Positions 63,761-64,000 of a stretch of DNA of 64,000 nucleotides are shown piece by piece (within the stretch, counting starts at the first letter, position 1; each line of letters opens with the position of its first letter). A model generated the notes under the pieces. That model did not search any database, was not told where the DNA came from, and saw only the letters and a program-made list of their open reading frames with translations. The position numbers and the translations under genes are program-made. This DNA comes from an uncultured Planctomycetota bacterium. Its GTDB lineage: Bacteria; Planctomycetota; Planctomycetia; Isosphaerales; Isosphaeraceae. The DNA is taken from contig CAWGMQ010000006.1 in NCBI GenBank assembly GCA_963823665.1, positions 1,600,001-1,664,000 of the forward strand, read 5' to 3'.

Positions 63761-64000
63761 AACGCGGGCCCCCGGGAACACGCCCGTCGATGAGCAACCC
63801 TTGGTTGATCGCACGCCCATCGACGAACCGCCGGCCCAGGAGCCGCCGCCGGTTGATGTCACGGCGTACCTCGAAAGCACGAACAGCGATGAATCGTTGT
63901 CCCCCGAGCGCGCTCGGGTCGATGAATCGCTGCGCCACGAACGCGAACCGCCCGAGCCTCGTCTTCGCCGCCTCTCTCGTCGGGGGTTTGCAATGGGGGG
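63735..64000 (+). CDS. 5' part of a probable molybdopterin-dependent oxidoreductase (MsrP-like), partial
   Basis: Open from ATG 63735 to the window end, finishing in twin-Arg-like LSRRGFAMG; identity inferred from context only. Confidence 0.45.
   Translation, partial: MNTNTPIDETRAPGNTPVDEQPLVDRTPIDEPPAQEPPPVDVTAYLESTNSDESLSPERARVDESLRHEREPPEPRLRRLSRRGFAMG

Noticed and set aside
1..64000. Reverse transcriptase, retron, DGR, cas or transposase genes
   Set aside because: No RT, Cas, DDE or HUH transposase motif recognised in the ORFs examined

Overview
GC-rich bacterial DNA. The protein families (DUF1501, PSD1/DUF1549-DUF1553, DUF1559, DUF1580, LEPR-xLL surface protein) point to a Planctomycete, probably Isosphaeraceae-like (inference). 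Many genes are split by single-base indels, most likely assembly errors. Layout: (1) 1-9.7 kb, the end of a cytochrome c oxidase operon, a large DUF11/Calx-beta surface protein and pyrF. (2) A 15.2 kb element integrated in tRNA-Pro(GGG), bounded by an exact 44-bp direct repeat (9823-9866 / 25042-25085). It carries a tyrosine integrase, a DUF1580 HTH, a primase-DUF3987 replicase, an iteron-like origin, a cos-like site, a P27-type small terminase and an HK97-fold capsid gene, but no large terminase, portal, protease or tail gene. It therefore looks like a PICI-like phage satellite. Its cargo includes a tightly coupled three-gene operon ending in an ADP-ribosyltransferase-like ORF, a candidate anti-phage system. 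(3) 25-44 kb, core-like metabolic genes. (4) 44-57.5 kb, a mosaic of small genes, gene fragments and REP-like repeats. (5) 58-64 kb, a porin, a sigma54 activator and a sigma54-promoter-led STAS / Met-rich MXKDX / cytochrome b / probable molybdoenzyme operon. An unexpected detail is a ribosomal L7/L12 C-terminal-like domain inserted in cytochrome oxidase subunit III. All family calls are by eye from motifs; no database search was run.
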